Shown piece after piece: positions 13,931 to 25,559 of a stretch of 64,000 nucleotides of DNA; the first letter of the stretch is position 1; each line of letters starts with the position of its first letter. The notes under the pieces are model-generated. The model was given only the letters and a program-made list of their open reading frames with translations, made no database searches and was not told the origin of the DNA. Source of the stretch: Camelus dromedarius (lineage: Eukaryota); assembly GCF_036321535.1 (NCBI RefSeq), contig NC_087437.1, positions 62,560,001-62,624,000 of the forward strand. Direction: 5' to 3'. The position numbers were made by a program, and so were the translations under genes.

Positions 13931-14349
13931 TAATGGTTTCATTTTCTTTAAGGTTCTTGATACACGTTGTTAAAATAAAGGTTGGTCCTCTGCTTTCCTG
14001 TTAGGGTGTTTAGCACATTGCTCTGCCCTTCTGGATAACAGATCCACGTTTCTCCTGCCCTCCCCCACCACGCCAGAAAAAAATCCTTTCTTGATTATGC
14101 TTTAACTTCTAAGGATCCCACTCCCCTCCCTTCCACACTCCATGGCTTATAATGATTGCTTTATTTATTTAAAAGTTTTAAGCTCTTTCTCAAAGTATAA
14201 TATACATACGGAGAAGTGTAAGAATGCATTTTGGTAAATTTTCTCAAGGTGAAGCTACCAGGTAAAGAAACAGAACATTACCAGCCACTCTTGTGACCTC
14301 TTCCAGTTATTAGCCCCCGACTCCACCCCCACCTCCTCACCGTGCCTTT

Positions 14350-14650
14350 ACTAGCATCTAGAACCCCTCTCCCCCTCCTTCCTTCCCCGTCATTCCTTCT
14401 TCCAGCTTCCGTGAAGGATCCTCCTCACTTTCAGCTCAGCTTTACGTAGGAAGCTCCCCCCTCCTCCTCCCCGGGCTCCACTGGCAGTCTGTTTACCTTC
14501 ATCCGCATGCTTACCGTGATGTGTTAAAGTTGTGTTTCCATTTGACTGCGAGCTTTTTGAGGTCTGGAACAAGCTGTCTCGTAGACCCAGTGCCTTCTGT
14601 GGTGCCTGCACACAGTAGGCGGTCAGTAATTGTCTGTAGGATGACTGTTG
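14350..14650 (+). mobile_element. L2 3' end remnant
   Basis: ccattgactgcgagctttttgagg-like segment followed by ggtgcctgcacacagtaggcggtcagtaattg. Confidence 0.55.
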
Positions 14651-15852
14651 AGAGTCTGGGAAACTGATTCCCCAAAAGTGAATTCCTTGCTCACAGCTGG
14701 CCTCCTGGCTTTCAGTTTCACTGGCTTCTTTTCAAACCCCCTTTTCTTCCTCGTGTTACTCTGACTTCTTGTGACTTAATTATTTCCATGCCACTCTTGG
14801 AGCAAGTGAGGAAACGTCATAGCTCTTGAAGGCTGCTTTATCCATCATTGTGGTGATAAGAAAGAGAGGATGATACCCTCAACCCCTCATCTGCCATTAG
14901 GTGATAGCTTTTAACTTTTAAAGTCTGTGAATCCAGTCTCCTATTCCAGGGTCAAGTGTGCATGTGTAGATAACTCAGCAATGCGTAAACCCTTCCTGCA
15001 TTCACCCTGCTACCCACATATTTTGGGATGCCCTTTCACTACTGGTAGGGAGGCGACCCTATCCCAGTTTTTGTTGGCCTGTATCAGGGTCTAGCTGCTC
15101 CTAACAATAGTGACTGGGAGTGTTTTTGTGCAGTGTTGGGGCCACAGTGACTACATATGAAAGACAGAGACCTTTCTTCGCAGTACAGCCTGTATTCAGC
15201 TGTGCCTCCATCTGAAGGGTGGCTACGTTCCACACGTGAAGCAGTGAAGGGAGAAGAGAGTTGACCTGATTGGCCTTAAGCACCAGGGTAGTTCAAGGAA
15301 TGACTGGAGCGGTCTGCATCTACAGGAAGGATGGCAGGTTTTACCGGATCCTCCAAAGACAGATCTGTCTGTTGGTCATTGGCGCACTCTGTTCTGAGTG
15401 AGTTGTGCCTACCTGGGGGGACTGAACTGGTCACTTACCGGTCATCTTTGACAAGGGCAGCCAGCCGAGCATGTTGTAGGGAGGCTGGAGTGGGCTCAAG
15501 GCTGTTCTGGGGAAGGAATAGCAGGCATCCTGGAGGAGTAGCCATCAGGTGAAGAGCAGTAGGAGCGGTGAAGAGTGGGACGGTCTGGAGGGAGGGGTCC
15601 AGGCTCGCAGCCTGTGTGGGCCACACCATGGAGACTGGTCTCCGCAGCTGGGCTTCCCCAGCAGGTCAAGCTGGGTCTCTTCTGAGCTCTGTGGGATCTC
15701 CTCTCCCAGTGGTTGTATGAGGCTCCCCTGCCATGTGCACAGAGGAATGCCTCTGATTCAGTCTGTGACCCCTGGAGATGGACCAGCGCCCCGCCCACAG
15801 GCTTGGGCAGCAGCAGCCAGAAAGGCTTTTCACCATCACACTCTGCCCCCAG

Positions 15853-16014
15853 GAGAAGATCGGCTGGCGAAAGGATGCGCTGCACTTGCTGGTGTTCACA
15901 ACGGATGATGTGCCCCACATTGCGCTGGATGGAAAACTGGGGGGCCTGGTGCAGCCGCACGATGGCCAGTGCCACCTGAATGAGGCCAACGAGTACACTG
16001 CGTCCAACCAGATG
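15853..16014 (+). CDS. ITGB5: Integrin beta-5 coding exon (exon 6 by human numbering), beta-I domain
   Basis: Acceptor ccccag|GAG, donor ATG|gtgagg; 162 nt, phase 0/0. Encodes [54 protein letters not shown]. Confidence 0.97.
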
Positions 16015-17482
16015 GTGAGGGCCTGGGACCCCGGCACCGCTCCTGCCTCCTCCTTGTGGTCTGAGGCCTCACCTGGCCTGTGCCACCGTCCTTTGGACCC
16101 CTGCTCACTGACCTTCCCATCCACCCTGGGACCGGGTTTCTATTCCATTTTCTCCACCTGGGGGTGGGCTTCCAGAATTCCTCCTCCTCATTTACTTAGA
16201 ACATTTCCCAGGGGTCTCTGTAGCTGGTTCATCTTTCCAACCTGGGGACTGCTGAGTCAGGGAAGAGGTGACCCAGGGAGGCAGGAGAGAGAGTGGGAGA
16301 GGTGATGGTACAGGAGGGAGAGGACTGTGTTCAACAGAGCCCAAACTGGGATAGATGTTCTAGGGCAAGGGCAGTGAAGACAAAACTGTCTGACTTCTAG
16401 AAATGGGTTCCCTGAGGCCCTGAGTTCTGTCAGTGTCGGGGGTAGGGTGGCAGGTGACCCACATGGGGAAGCCCCGAGGACCTTCCACTCCCACTACTGT
16501 CACTATGACCACGCAGTGAAACAGAACTTGTGCAAAATTTCAAACATATAATAACTGACCAGTGAAATGAACTTCTACCTACCCGTCCCCAGAACCAACA
16601 ATTAAGATTTTTCCACATTTGCTGTACAATTTTTTCCCCCAAATCTACACCCTCTTCCTTCCCAAATCCATTCTAGTGTCTGGCTAGAGAGAAACTCTAA
16701 TTCTTGCTGGACTAGCCCATTTTCTCTAGTTTCAAAAGGTGGTCAGTGCTCAAGACTTCCATATTACCCAAGAGTAACAGAGTCTGGAAAAAGGACCTGA
16801 TAACTATAGAACCTCCCTGATGAGGACCCTGGACCCGTGATCAGCCCTTGAAATCCTTCAGGACATTGTTGAGCTGCTTGCAGCATCCGCCCCCTCTTCC
16901 TCACTCCCCTACAAACTCCTTTCCTCCCTCTCTGCTCTGCATCCCCTCCCCTCCCCTGCCACAGCCCAGCTTTTAGTATAATGTCAGCAGCCTCTTCTGC
17001 CCATTCTGAGCCATGAGCAGGACTGAGCAGAACCTGTGGGGGACATTGGCAGGCCCAACACTGGGCATAGGAAAAGGAAAATTGAGCAAGGAGATGGGTC
17101 TTAGGGAAGAGAGGAAGGGTGCTGCTGGTAGATGGTAGGATGTGATGGCCGTTCTTTTGGGGGCCTCCCCACTCTGCCCCATCTCTGCTAAAGGGATGGA
17201 GACATGGGCCAGGTGTGGGAAACCTCCATCATCACTTCTCCATTCTGGGTTGGGAGGGGTGGGAGGAGTGAGTCTAGTTTGGTAGGTGCCAGAGGGTCCT
17301 ATCCTGGAGGGTCTCCCCGACATAGTTCCTCAGTTAGGAGCTGCCGGGGCTTGGTTATTAAGGGACTGCCAGGGAAAGACGCTTATCATGGCAAGATGAG
17401 CTACTGAGTGCATGCTGGAGCCAGATGCTAGTGTCTCAGCCTGCTAGAAATGTTACAGCCTTGATTTTTGCCTTGGCCCTAG

Positions 17483-17578
17483 GACTATCCATCGCTTGCC
17501 TTGCTTGGAGAGAAACTGGCAGAGAACAACATCAACCTCATCTTTGCAGTGACAAAAAACCATTATATGCTCTACAAG
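17483..17578 (+). CDS. ITGB5: Integrin beta-5 coding exon 7, beta-I domain
   Basis: cctag|GAC ... AAG|gtatac; 96 nt, phase 0/0. Encodes [32 protein letters not shown], a frame not listed in the ORF track. Confidence 0.96.
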
Positions 17579-18961
17579 GTATACCTGGAGGGAGTGGGAG
17601 CCTGGTGGCATGAACCTGGGGGCCATGCTGACCCTAAGATGAGTGGGAGACAGGAATGTGGGCTCAGGTGAAGTGTAGGGAGGCGGAGTGAGATCCAGAG
17701 GAGAGTGGAATATAGCCCTGTCTTCATCCAGGGGAAAGTAGTAGTTTTAAGGAACAGTGCATACCAAGGACGTTAAACATATGGTGTCTAATTTGATAAT
17801 GAGAAAAACTTTGGGAATAGTACCGATTCCTATCTTCCAGATGATGAAATGGAAACATCAGGGAATAGGGAAGGACAATATGAAATGAAAGTGTACAGAG
17901 AAAGAACTAGGCATCTCAGCAGGCTCCATCACTTATTGCGTAGTCCAGAGTTCTATGCCTTCCCGCAGAGGACAGGAGACCCGTGGGTTAATCTGGGACA
18001 GGAATTTCCGAAGCAAAGAGTAAATGTCTTGAGTGAACAGAGCAGTCTGTTTATAAGGCTATTCTGTCTAAAAGAGAATTTTTCTGGGTCATCCCAAGGA
18101 CCACAGAGTCACAGGCAAGTCACCTTTTACTAGGACTCTCCACCTAACTACCTGAGGAGGCTTGTGGAGGTGCGAGGCCCAGCTCAGCTCTGACACCCTT
18201 CGCGCTGAGAGGCTGTGAGAACTGAATCCACACCTCTGGGACTGCCAGCCCTGGTCCCCTCTCCTTACTCTTGAATGTCCACAAAACAACCTTTGCTGAT
18301 AATGTGTTTCTAGTGCTCCTACTCGAGATTATCACTGATAAAATGCCACTTAAATCTTCTTGAGTTCTTCATCTTGTTTTAGTCTGAATCAATTTTAGAA
18401 TATGAAAACAAGGAAAGAGGATTGTTTGTCTTTTGTTGGTTTGTTTAGTGGAAAACAGCAGGATAGAACATACCCATTTATAAGGACCATTTTTAGAGGG
18501 ATCAGTTGCACAGACTGTACTGAGAATGCCTCTGGATGCTTCAAGGGGAAAGAGACAGCCCCACCTTGGCTAAGCTATCCTTGCTTAGAACCAAGAACAT
18601 CTTCCTCAGGGAGGAGGCTCATCCAGTCCAAGGCAGGCTGAGGGCTGTGGGTGTTTCTAGACATTTTTGTCACTTTAGTGAGTGACATACTTAGGCATTA
18701 GTACAAGTGAAAGAGGAAAGACAGCCACTTCAGGGCTGCCTGCTTAGCCACAGGACGTCACCCAGCGATTCCAGACCTCCTTGGAAGGCACCATTCATGT
18801 CTCAGTCCCCTTTTGAGAAAAGACACTGTATTTGAGACGCTTGGAAAAGTTTCCCCTTCACTCCGGGGCCCTGACTGTTCTAGCTCAGTAGGCCAGTGTT
18901 CACTCTGACAGTATGGGAAGGCAAAATGGGCTTATTTGTTTTCTTTCTTTTTTTCTCCAAG

Positions 18962-19051
18962 AATTTTACAGCCCTGATACCTGGAACAACAGTGGAGATT
19001 TTACATGGAGACTCCAAAAATATTATTCAACTGATCATCAATGCATACAAT
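18962..19051 (+). CDS. ITGB5: Integrin beta-5 coding exon 8, end of beta-I domain
   Basis: Long polypyrimidine tract, then ccaag|AAT ... AAT|gtaagt; 90 nt. Encodes [30 protein letters not shown]. Confidence 0.96.
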
Positions 19052-21639
19052 GTAAGTCACCGGTTTCTTCCCTGCGACACCCCCCACCCCGCCTCCCACT
19101 GAGGCTCCTTGAGCTGGTGTGGACCATCGTGCACCACCGTGCTGGTGTACTTGGTTCTGTTTCTCGCCTCCTGCCTCTTGAGTTTGGCGCCTTCCTCCTT
19201 CACTCAGGTTCAGGGTGGAGAGGGCATCCTGCTTGGTGCATCCCTCTCCCCTCATCTCCGCCTCCTTGACTCTCATCATAAGCTTATCCCAGTGAAGCAG
19301 CACGTGGCTCAGTCAGGCTCAGGCTGGCGGCCCTGGAAGTGCTTGGGTTCTGACCCGGTGATAACCCCAGGCCCCGTCGGAGCTCTAGGCTCGGGTGGGT
19401 ACAGATGCTCTTCACCTATCCAGTTGCTGGGACGATGCTGCCACTGTGCTTGCTGTGTTGAGAAGGGAGAAGCGTGCACACTGACCTCGCCTCCCAGTGG
19501 GCAGGGCTGAAATTCCCCGGGCTTTTGGAGCTCCACACAGAGCTGCAGACTGAAACAGAACAGAAGAACCTGAGAAGAATCAACACCAGGTCTTCTGCCT
19601 GCACACTTAGGATCTGACTGTAATCAGGTCCTTTCAGAGGGAGGCTGAGCAGGGCTGTTAAATTCTGTGCTGTTGTAACGCATCACGTTAACTTGGCTCT
19701 GCTTTAGGAAGTACAGCACATAAGTGGTCAGGTGGCACTGTCACTTCCCAAGCCAGTTGTCCCTGATTGCCAAATGTGTCTCATTCCTACCCTCCTTTCC
19801 CTCAATCCTGATACCCAAGAAGTACTCAACTCAGACCTACTTTTTCTCCAGACGATGGCGCAGTTTCTTGTGCTGGCAAGTATGTACCCTCAGCTGTCCC
19901 CTCCCTGTGACGTCCCAGTGTGGCCGTAGCCTCCAGTCCCCACGTAGCCCTTCACAGGGCCAGGCAGTTCCCAAATTGGAATTCAGCGTGCATCTTCCTG
20001 TTAAAACAAAGTTCTACATAGAGTATATATAGTTTGAGTAACACTAGTGGTTGTAAACTTATATAGAATAGACTTGTGGGCTAACCTGGGGACCTGATTA
20101 ACCACTACAGCATCCCCTGGGTGTTAGAAAAACCATGTGCTTTCCAGTGACTGATGTACACATGTGTATTTGGAACTCTGCCTTGCTAGTTGACTTTGTC
20201 ACCCTACTGGTCTAGCCTTGTTCTGAGCTGCAAAATACTGCTCAGCTAGACCACGGGGGACCTGGAGGTTGGGACGTGGTCAGCCCTCACCTGGTCTCCT
20301 GGAGCCTCAGTGTCTTAAAGGCAGTGAGGGGGCAACAGTGAGAATTTCTGGCTCGTTTTGCGTCCTTCTCCCCACCCCCGCTTTCTGCTGCAGCTCAGGG
20401 CCCTCTTCCTCTCACAAGTGCTCCAATTCCTCCTCACTCCTGGAACTTCCTACTGAGAGAAGCTCAAGACTTCCTTCTCCTTTTCTACTTAATTCCCCAC
20501 ATACTAACATCCTCTTTTCTGATCTCTGACCTTGAAATCTTCACCAGATCCAGGGGCCACCTCTGAACCTGGTGAGACTAGGTTTCCAGGTTAGCTACAC
20601 TTTGTGGCGTTCAGATTTCTACAGCGGGTGGAAGTGTGACATACTGAAAGTCTGAGAAGAGAGTGTGTGTGAGGGAGGGGCTGGGCCTGCTGAATGTGGC
20701 CCCCATCCCGAGGGTCACTCCTCACTGTGCTGCCTTGGGCCTCAAGCTGGGCGGCTGGCTGGCGGACCTCTGGGGCTCCCCCAGGAGTGCTTTCTGCCAA
20801 AGGCCCAGGTCCCCGATCCTTGTGGCTTTGATAAAAGAGGGCATCGTGATACTCAGTTCTAAAGGACTGGCAGGGTGGTGTTCCCCAGAAATGGGGAAGG
20901 CACTCGCTTAGTCAGCGTTGCATGTGGCCAAGTGGTCTGCACGTCCATACTTGTGTGCGGGTCCACTGAAAACCAGGATGCATGAGACAGTTGTGGTTCC
21001 CTGGGCAGGGTCTCAGGTGCTCAGTGCTGCTCTCACTGTTGCCTTGGCCCTGCGCAGGACTCATGCAAGGTAAATTCGTTTTCTTAATGGAAATCCAGGG
21101 GCCTGGGGTGGGCAGAGGTCAGGAGAGGAGCAGGGAACCCCACTCTGGGACTGAAGCGGTGGGACCCAGATGAGTAGAGGAAGTAGAGGAAGTCAGGAGC
21201 TACATTTGGAACCCGGGTTGAGCCCCCCAGGAGCTCTGGGAATCTAGCACCGCAGCTTGACTCTGAGTTAAACTGTAAGAGAGCATATTAGGAAACCAGA
21301 CATATGACTTAGGAGTGAACGCTTGAAACTCAGTTCTTAAAATGGGCGTGTCCGGAATACTATGCACAATGACTATTCAAAATCAGTGGAAAACTGAAAC
21401 AGCTTGATTTAGAGGTAATTAACATACAATTCACTGTACAGATTTGAAGTGTATAGTTTGATAAGTTTTTATACTTCTACACACTTGTGAAACCATTACC
21501 ACCACCAAGACCTTGAATGTGTCCTTTGCTCTGAAACGCTGGGACCCTTGGTAATTCCCTACTTCTGCCCTTCCCTTCAGGTATTTTAAAGACAGGTATT
21601 ACATACAGAAATGTGAAAAGGCAAGGTATTCGGAGCAGA

Positions 21640-22330
21640 GCCTAGCTGGTGGCAGCCGTGTTGCGGATACGCTGGTGCTCGACGTTGGTTAGTACTCGAG
21701 TCACTGGCTGCCGTCCTTTCTGGCAAATGGGAAGGCCCGGCCTGGGCCTTGGGCCCCTCGCGTCTCCTGGATCGGGGCCCGCCGGCGCCTGGGGTGCGGT
21801 GTGGACGTGCGTGCGCGCTTTGGCCGGCAGAGGGGCCCTGCTCTTCCCCCAGCCGGGTCGGAGCACTGACCGGACTGTGCGTTTCCCCGCCTCACCTCGC
21901 CGCCTCCGCAGTTTGCGGTGGATTTCACATGAGTCATGCAACGCGTGACTAAGTGTGGTGCTGACTTCGGCCTCCCCTGGAGCTGGCAGGCCGACTGGGG
22001 ACATCCTGAAAGGATCGCAGTGGAGCCACGGAACAGAGGAAATGGCCTTGGCGTGGCTGTCGGCTGGGGAGGGAGCAAGACGGAAAGGGCACGTTTAATG
22101 GAACGCCTGGCAGAATCGAGTCTGTCGTACTCGACTTTCACGGGGTAAAATCTTGACGTACGCTGTTTCCTGCTGCGCCGAATTCTTCACTGTGGGAACT
22201 CGCCGGTGCGGAGCTTCGCCGCGCCGAGGGTGCCGGTGAGCTCAGAGGTGGGGCGCTGGGTGCACACACACGACCGGCCTTGTGTCACATTGAGAAAAAG
22301 GGGGCAGGACTCGGAGAGGAATCACGAGGG
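21640..22330. promoter_or_regulatory. Intragenic CpG island in intron 8; candidate enhancer or alternative promoter
   Basis: About 60 CpG in about 700 bp by hand count, GC-rich, not a recognisable repeat; AP-1, RUNX and CRE motifs inside or adjacent. Confidence 0.7.
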
Positions 22331-24169
22331 TCCCTTTTCAAAGGGAGAAAGAGCAGAATGAGCTGGAAACCATAGAGCTGCATGTGGAGGGTGACGTCAG
22401 AGGCCGTGGTGTGTGCTGCTTCTAGCGGAGCACGTTTCTCTTTTTGTTGTTGCCATAAAGTCTGCTCCCACCCGCTCCACAGCTGGCCTGGCTTAAAGCG
22501 ATTGCAGATGTGACCCAGCCTGACTGAGTATTCAATAGTCTTTATAAACTAATGACATTTTTGACATTATCTCCTTGTCCTAGGATGAGAAGGAAGGAGT
22601 CATCTTCATGGGCCGGTCTGATAGGAGTTCACTGAATTTCAGGAGTCACACATAAGTCTTCGTGCATCAGAACTGCGTTGGCTGTGGCTTTGATCCTCTA
22701 CTGTGTCTTGTACTTTATCCATTTATTCATTCATTTATTTGTCCAACAAATATACACTCCTGGTGTGGCAGGCACCATGCTACAATAAATAATAAAGCAG
22801 TGAACAGAACACAGTTCTACCCTCCAGGAAGGAGCTCACGATCTTTGACGGGAGTCTGAGTCTCAACTGGGATATGACCTGACCACACTTTCCAAGGTCA
22901 GAGCCAGTTTCCAAATAAAGTATCAGATCTGGTGATGACAGCGCGTCCTGCAAGGGGACCCAGAAGGCCTGTTCTGGTCCTGCCTGCCCCTGAGTAGGCC
23001 CAGATGTGGCCTTTTCTTTGGCCTCAGTTCCCGCTTCCGTAAGATGAGAAATTTGAACTGAGTCTCCACAGTTCCTACCACTGCTAACATCTTAAGAATT
23101 TCTGATTCTAGAGACTATGTGGAGATCAGAAATAATACAGATATCAGATCGGAACACAAAACTTTAGGGTCCTATGACCAGAATAGAACATCAGATTCAG
23201 TTTCCATCTGTTACAGTCACCGGTTCATTTAATCGGAGTCCCAGTCCCCAGTGCTCTTTCTCCCACGACCGGGTTCCCCATTAACGCTTCCAGGAGGTGG
23301 CCTCAGCAGATCTTGATGGGAAGTGCTGATGCTTCCTCCCAAAGCCTTGTCTGGGAGCCACGCGGCCCTCATATTTCAGGAGACTGGTCCCCAGTAATTT
23401 TTAAATAGCTCCAGTCTGCCTAACCCTTTTATGATACACTGTTTTGCCTCATCCTCATATACTTATTCACAATTAAACTATATAATTTCTAATTTATTTT
23501 GTCTTTCAAAAATAATTTAAGTTTCTTCCACTAGATCTGAGCCGCTGTGAAAACATCCACTCTTCCATCCCTCCATCCATCTATTCAACAAAAGCTTATG
23601 TTCAGTCCTGGAGAGAAATATGATAGGGTCCTCAGAACTCACAGCTCAGTGGGGAAAACAGATCTGTAAATAACTAATCACATCCTGCAGGAGAGCTGTG
23701 TGTGTGGAGTGGTGCTGGCAGCCGGCTGCCAGTGGAGGCTGGCACTAACAAGAGGAAGTGGATTTAAGAGAGAGAGTATTTTTAGAGCTGTAGAAGAGCT
23801 TAGACAATTTGTTGCAAAGGGAGAGACTATTTTTTGCAGAGTGTTTTCAACAGGCTGTTAATGTGTTGGGGAAACTGCATATTTAATTTAAGTTTAACGT
23901 GATATGCTCAGCAAAAAGAAAGAAGAGAAACCCTACAAGAGCAGGAGGCACTTCTGCCTGCTGTTGTGTCCAATGCCCTGTTCCCTGGAATGCAGCTGAG
24001 AGGGGAGATGGGAGTGTGATGGGCTGTCCGTTGATCTGGGGGTCCGTGTGTCTCTCGGAGCGTGTGCATCCTGCTATACTGAGTGCATTTGGTGGAAAAA
24101 AATTCTTTTTGTAAGATATGTCCTTCATTTGGTCTCAGTCTCCAAAGTACCTCCTTAGAGATTTTCAGT

Positions 24170-24820
24170 GGCAATTTTTTAAACTAACAGGCATACAGAA
24201 AATTGTACAGACTTTTCACAACTAAATACACCTAAGTATTGGGCCACCCAGGTCAAAAAACAGAGTATCACTAGCATCTGGAACCCCTATTATGTCCTCT
24301 TCTATTACTGTCCTCCAAGGGTAACCGTTAGTTTTTTCATGTTTTTGAATTTCATATAAATAGAATCAAACAGTATATATGCCTTTTGCGTCTGGCTTCT
24401 TTCAGGCCATGTGATAGGAGATTCATCTATGTCATGACATGTAGTCATATTTCATTCATTCTTGTACTGTATGATATTCTATGTGAACACACCATAATTG
24501 AAAAAAAAATGTTGATAGGTGTTGGATAATTCCAGTTTCTAGCTGTTACAGACAGTGTTGCTGTAAACATTCTTATACATGTGTTCTGGTCAGTACACAT
24601 CTCTGTTGGATATAATTCCAGCATGAATTGCTTGTCTGAGGTTGACCTGAGCATTAGTAGACACTGCCTATTGTTTTCCTCAAGGGTTGTACCAGGTCAC
24701 ATTCCCACCTGCATGGAATGAGGGCCCCAGTGGTCCCAGCTCCTTTCCAACACTTGATATGTTGAAGTCTTTCATTTTTTTCTATTCTGATGGGTAATTG
24801 TGGCTTGATTTTTATTTCAT
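24170..24820 (-). mobile_element. L1ME-type LINE-1 fragment
   Basis: tttgaatttcatataaatagaatcaaacagtatat...tctggcttcttt...cattcccacctgcatggaatgaggg. Confidence 0.75.
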
Positions 24821-24839
24821 CCATCATCTTGAGAACATA

Positions 24840-25300
24840 ATCCACACATAAGGTGGATTTCAGAATGTAGGTCAGAACTTACGAATGTGGACCTCATCTG
24901 ATGGGGGTAAGTGTGAAGAATGAAAGGGTGGGTTCCTGGAGAAAGTGCCTGCTGAGCTGACGTGGTAGGGTGATAAAGAGCTAGCGGCAGGGGAGAGATG
25001 AGAGAGGAGCAATTGAGCAAAGGAACGTTATCCAAGGCACATGCAAAGCCCAACGCCTGGAGAGCACATGGCAAGATTTGAGGAACTGCCTGTCTGAAGC
25101 TGAGGGTGGGGATGAGAGGTGACTGCAGAGACAAGCAGGGATAGAGCATCACCCCTGGAAGCAGAGGAGATTATCGTATGATACATGGACCATTAGAAAT
25201 TCTCTGAGCTCACGGAGGGAGACCTCAGGCCAGGGCTAGCAAGACGGCACGTGGGTGTGGAGAGAAGGAAAGGGATGAGGGACGGGCAGTAAACCTAGCC
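24840..25300 (-). mobile_element. L2 LINE remnant
   Basis: gcacatgcaaagccc...gcacatggcaagatttgaggaactgc resembles antisense L2. Confidence 0.5.
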
Positions 25301-25424
25301 TGCTGGCTCCTGCCTTGGCTTGAGTCCTGAGTTAGAGGAAGCCACATGGGCATTGGAGAACCAGTATGGAGAGCATCTCGCTGCAGCCTTTACTAACTGG
25401 TTCTGGCTGCTTCTCTCTGTTCAG

Positions 25425-25559
25425 AGCATCCGGTCTAAAGTGGAACTGTCCGTGTGGGATCAGCCTGAGGATCTTAATCTCTTCTTCACTGCTACCTGCC
25501 AGGATGGCGTCTCCTACCCTGGTCAGAGGAAGTGTGAAGGCCTAAAGATTGGGGACACG
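25425..25559 (+). CDS. ITGB5: Integrin beta-5 coding exon 9, hybrid domain
   Basis: TACTAAC branch point at 25391, ttcag|AGC ... ACG|gtaagt; 135 nt. Encodes [45 protein letters not shown]. Confidence 0.97.

Noticed and set aside
15850..15855. NAGNAG tandem acceptor CAG GAG at exon 6
   Set aside because: GAG is a very poor acceptor when it follows CAG, and nothing suggests it is used.
21642..22148. Overlapping 70-146 aa ORFs on both strands in the CpG island as a nested gene
   Set aside because: Arg/Pro/Gly/Ala-rich low-complexity translations typical of stop-poor GC-rich DNA, with no recognisable domain.
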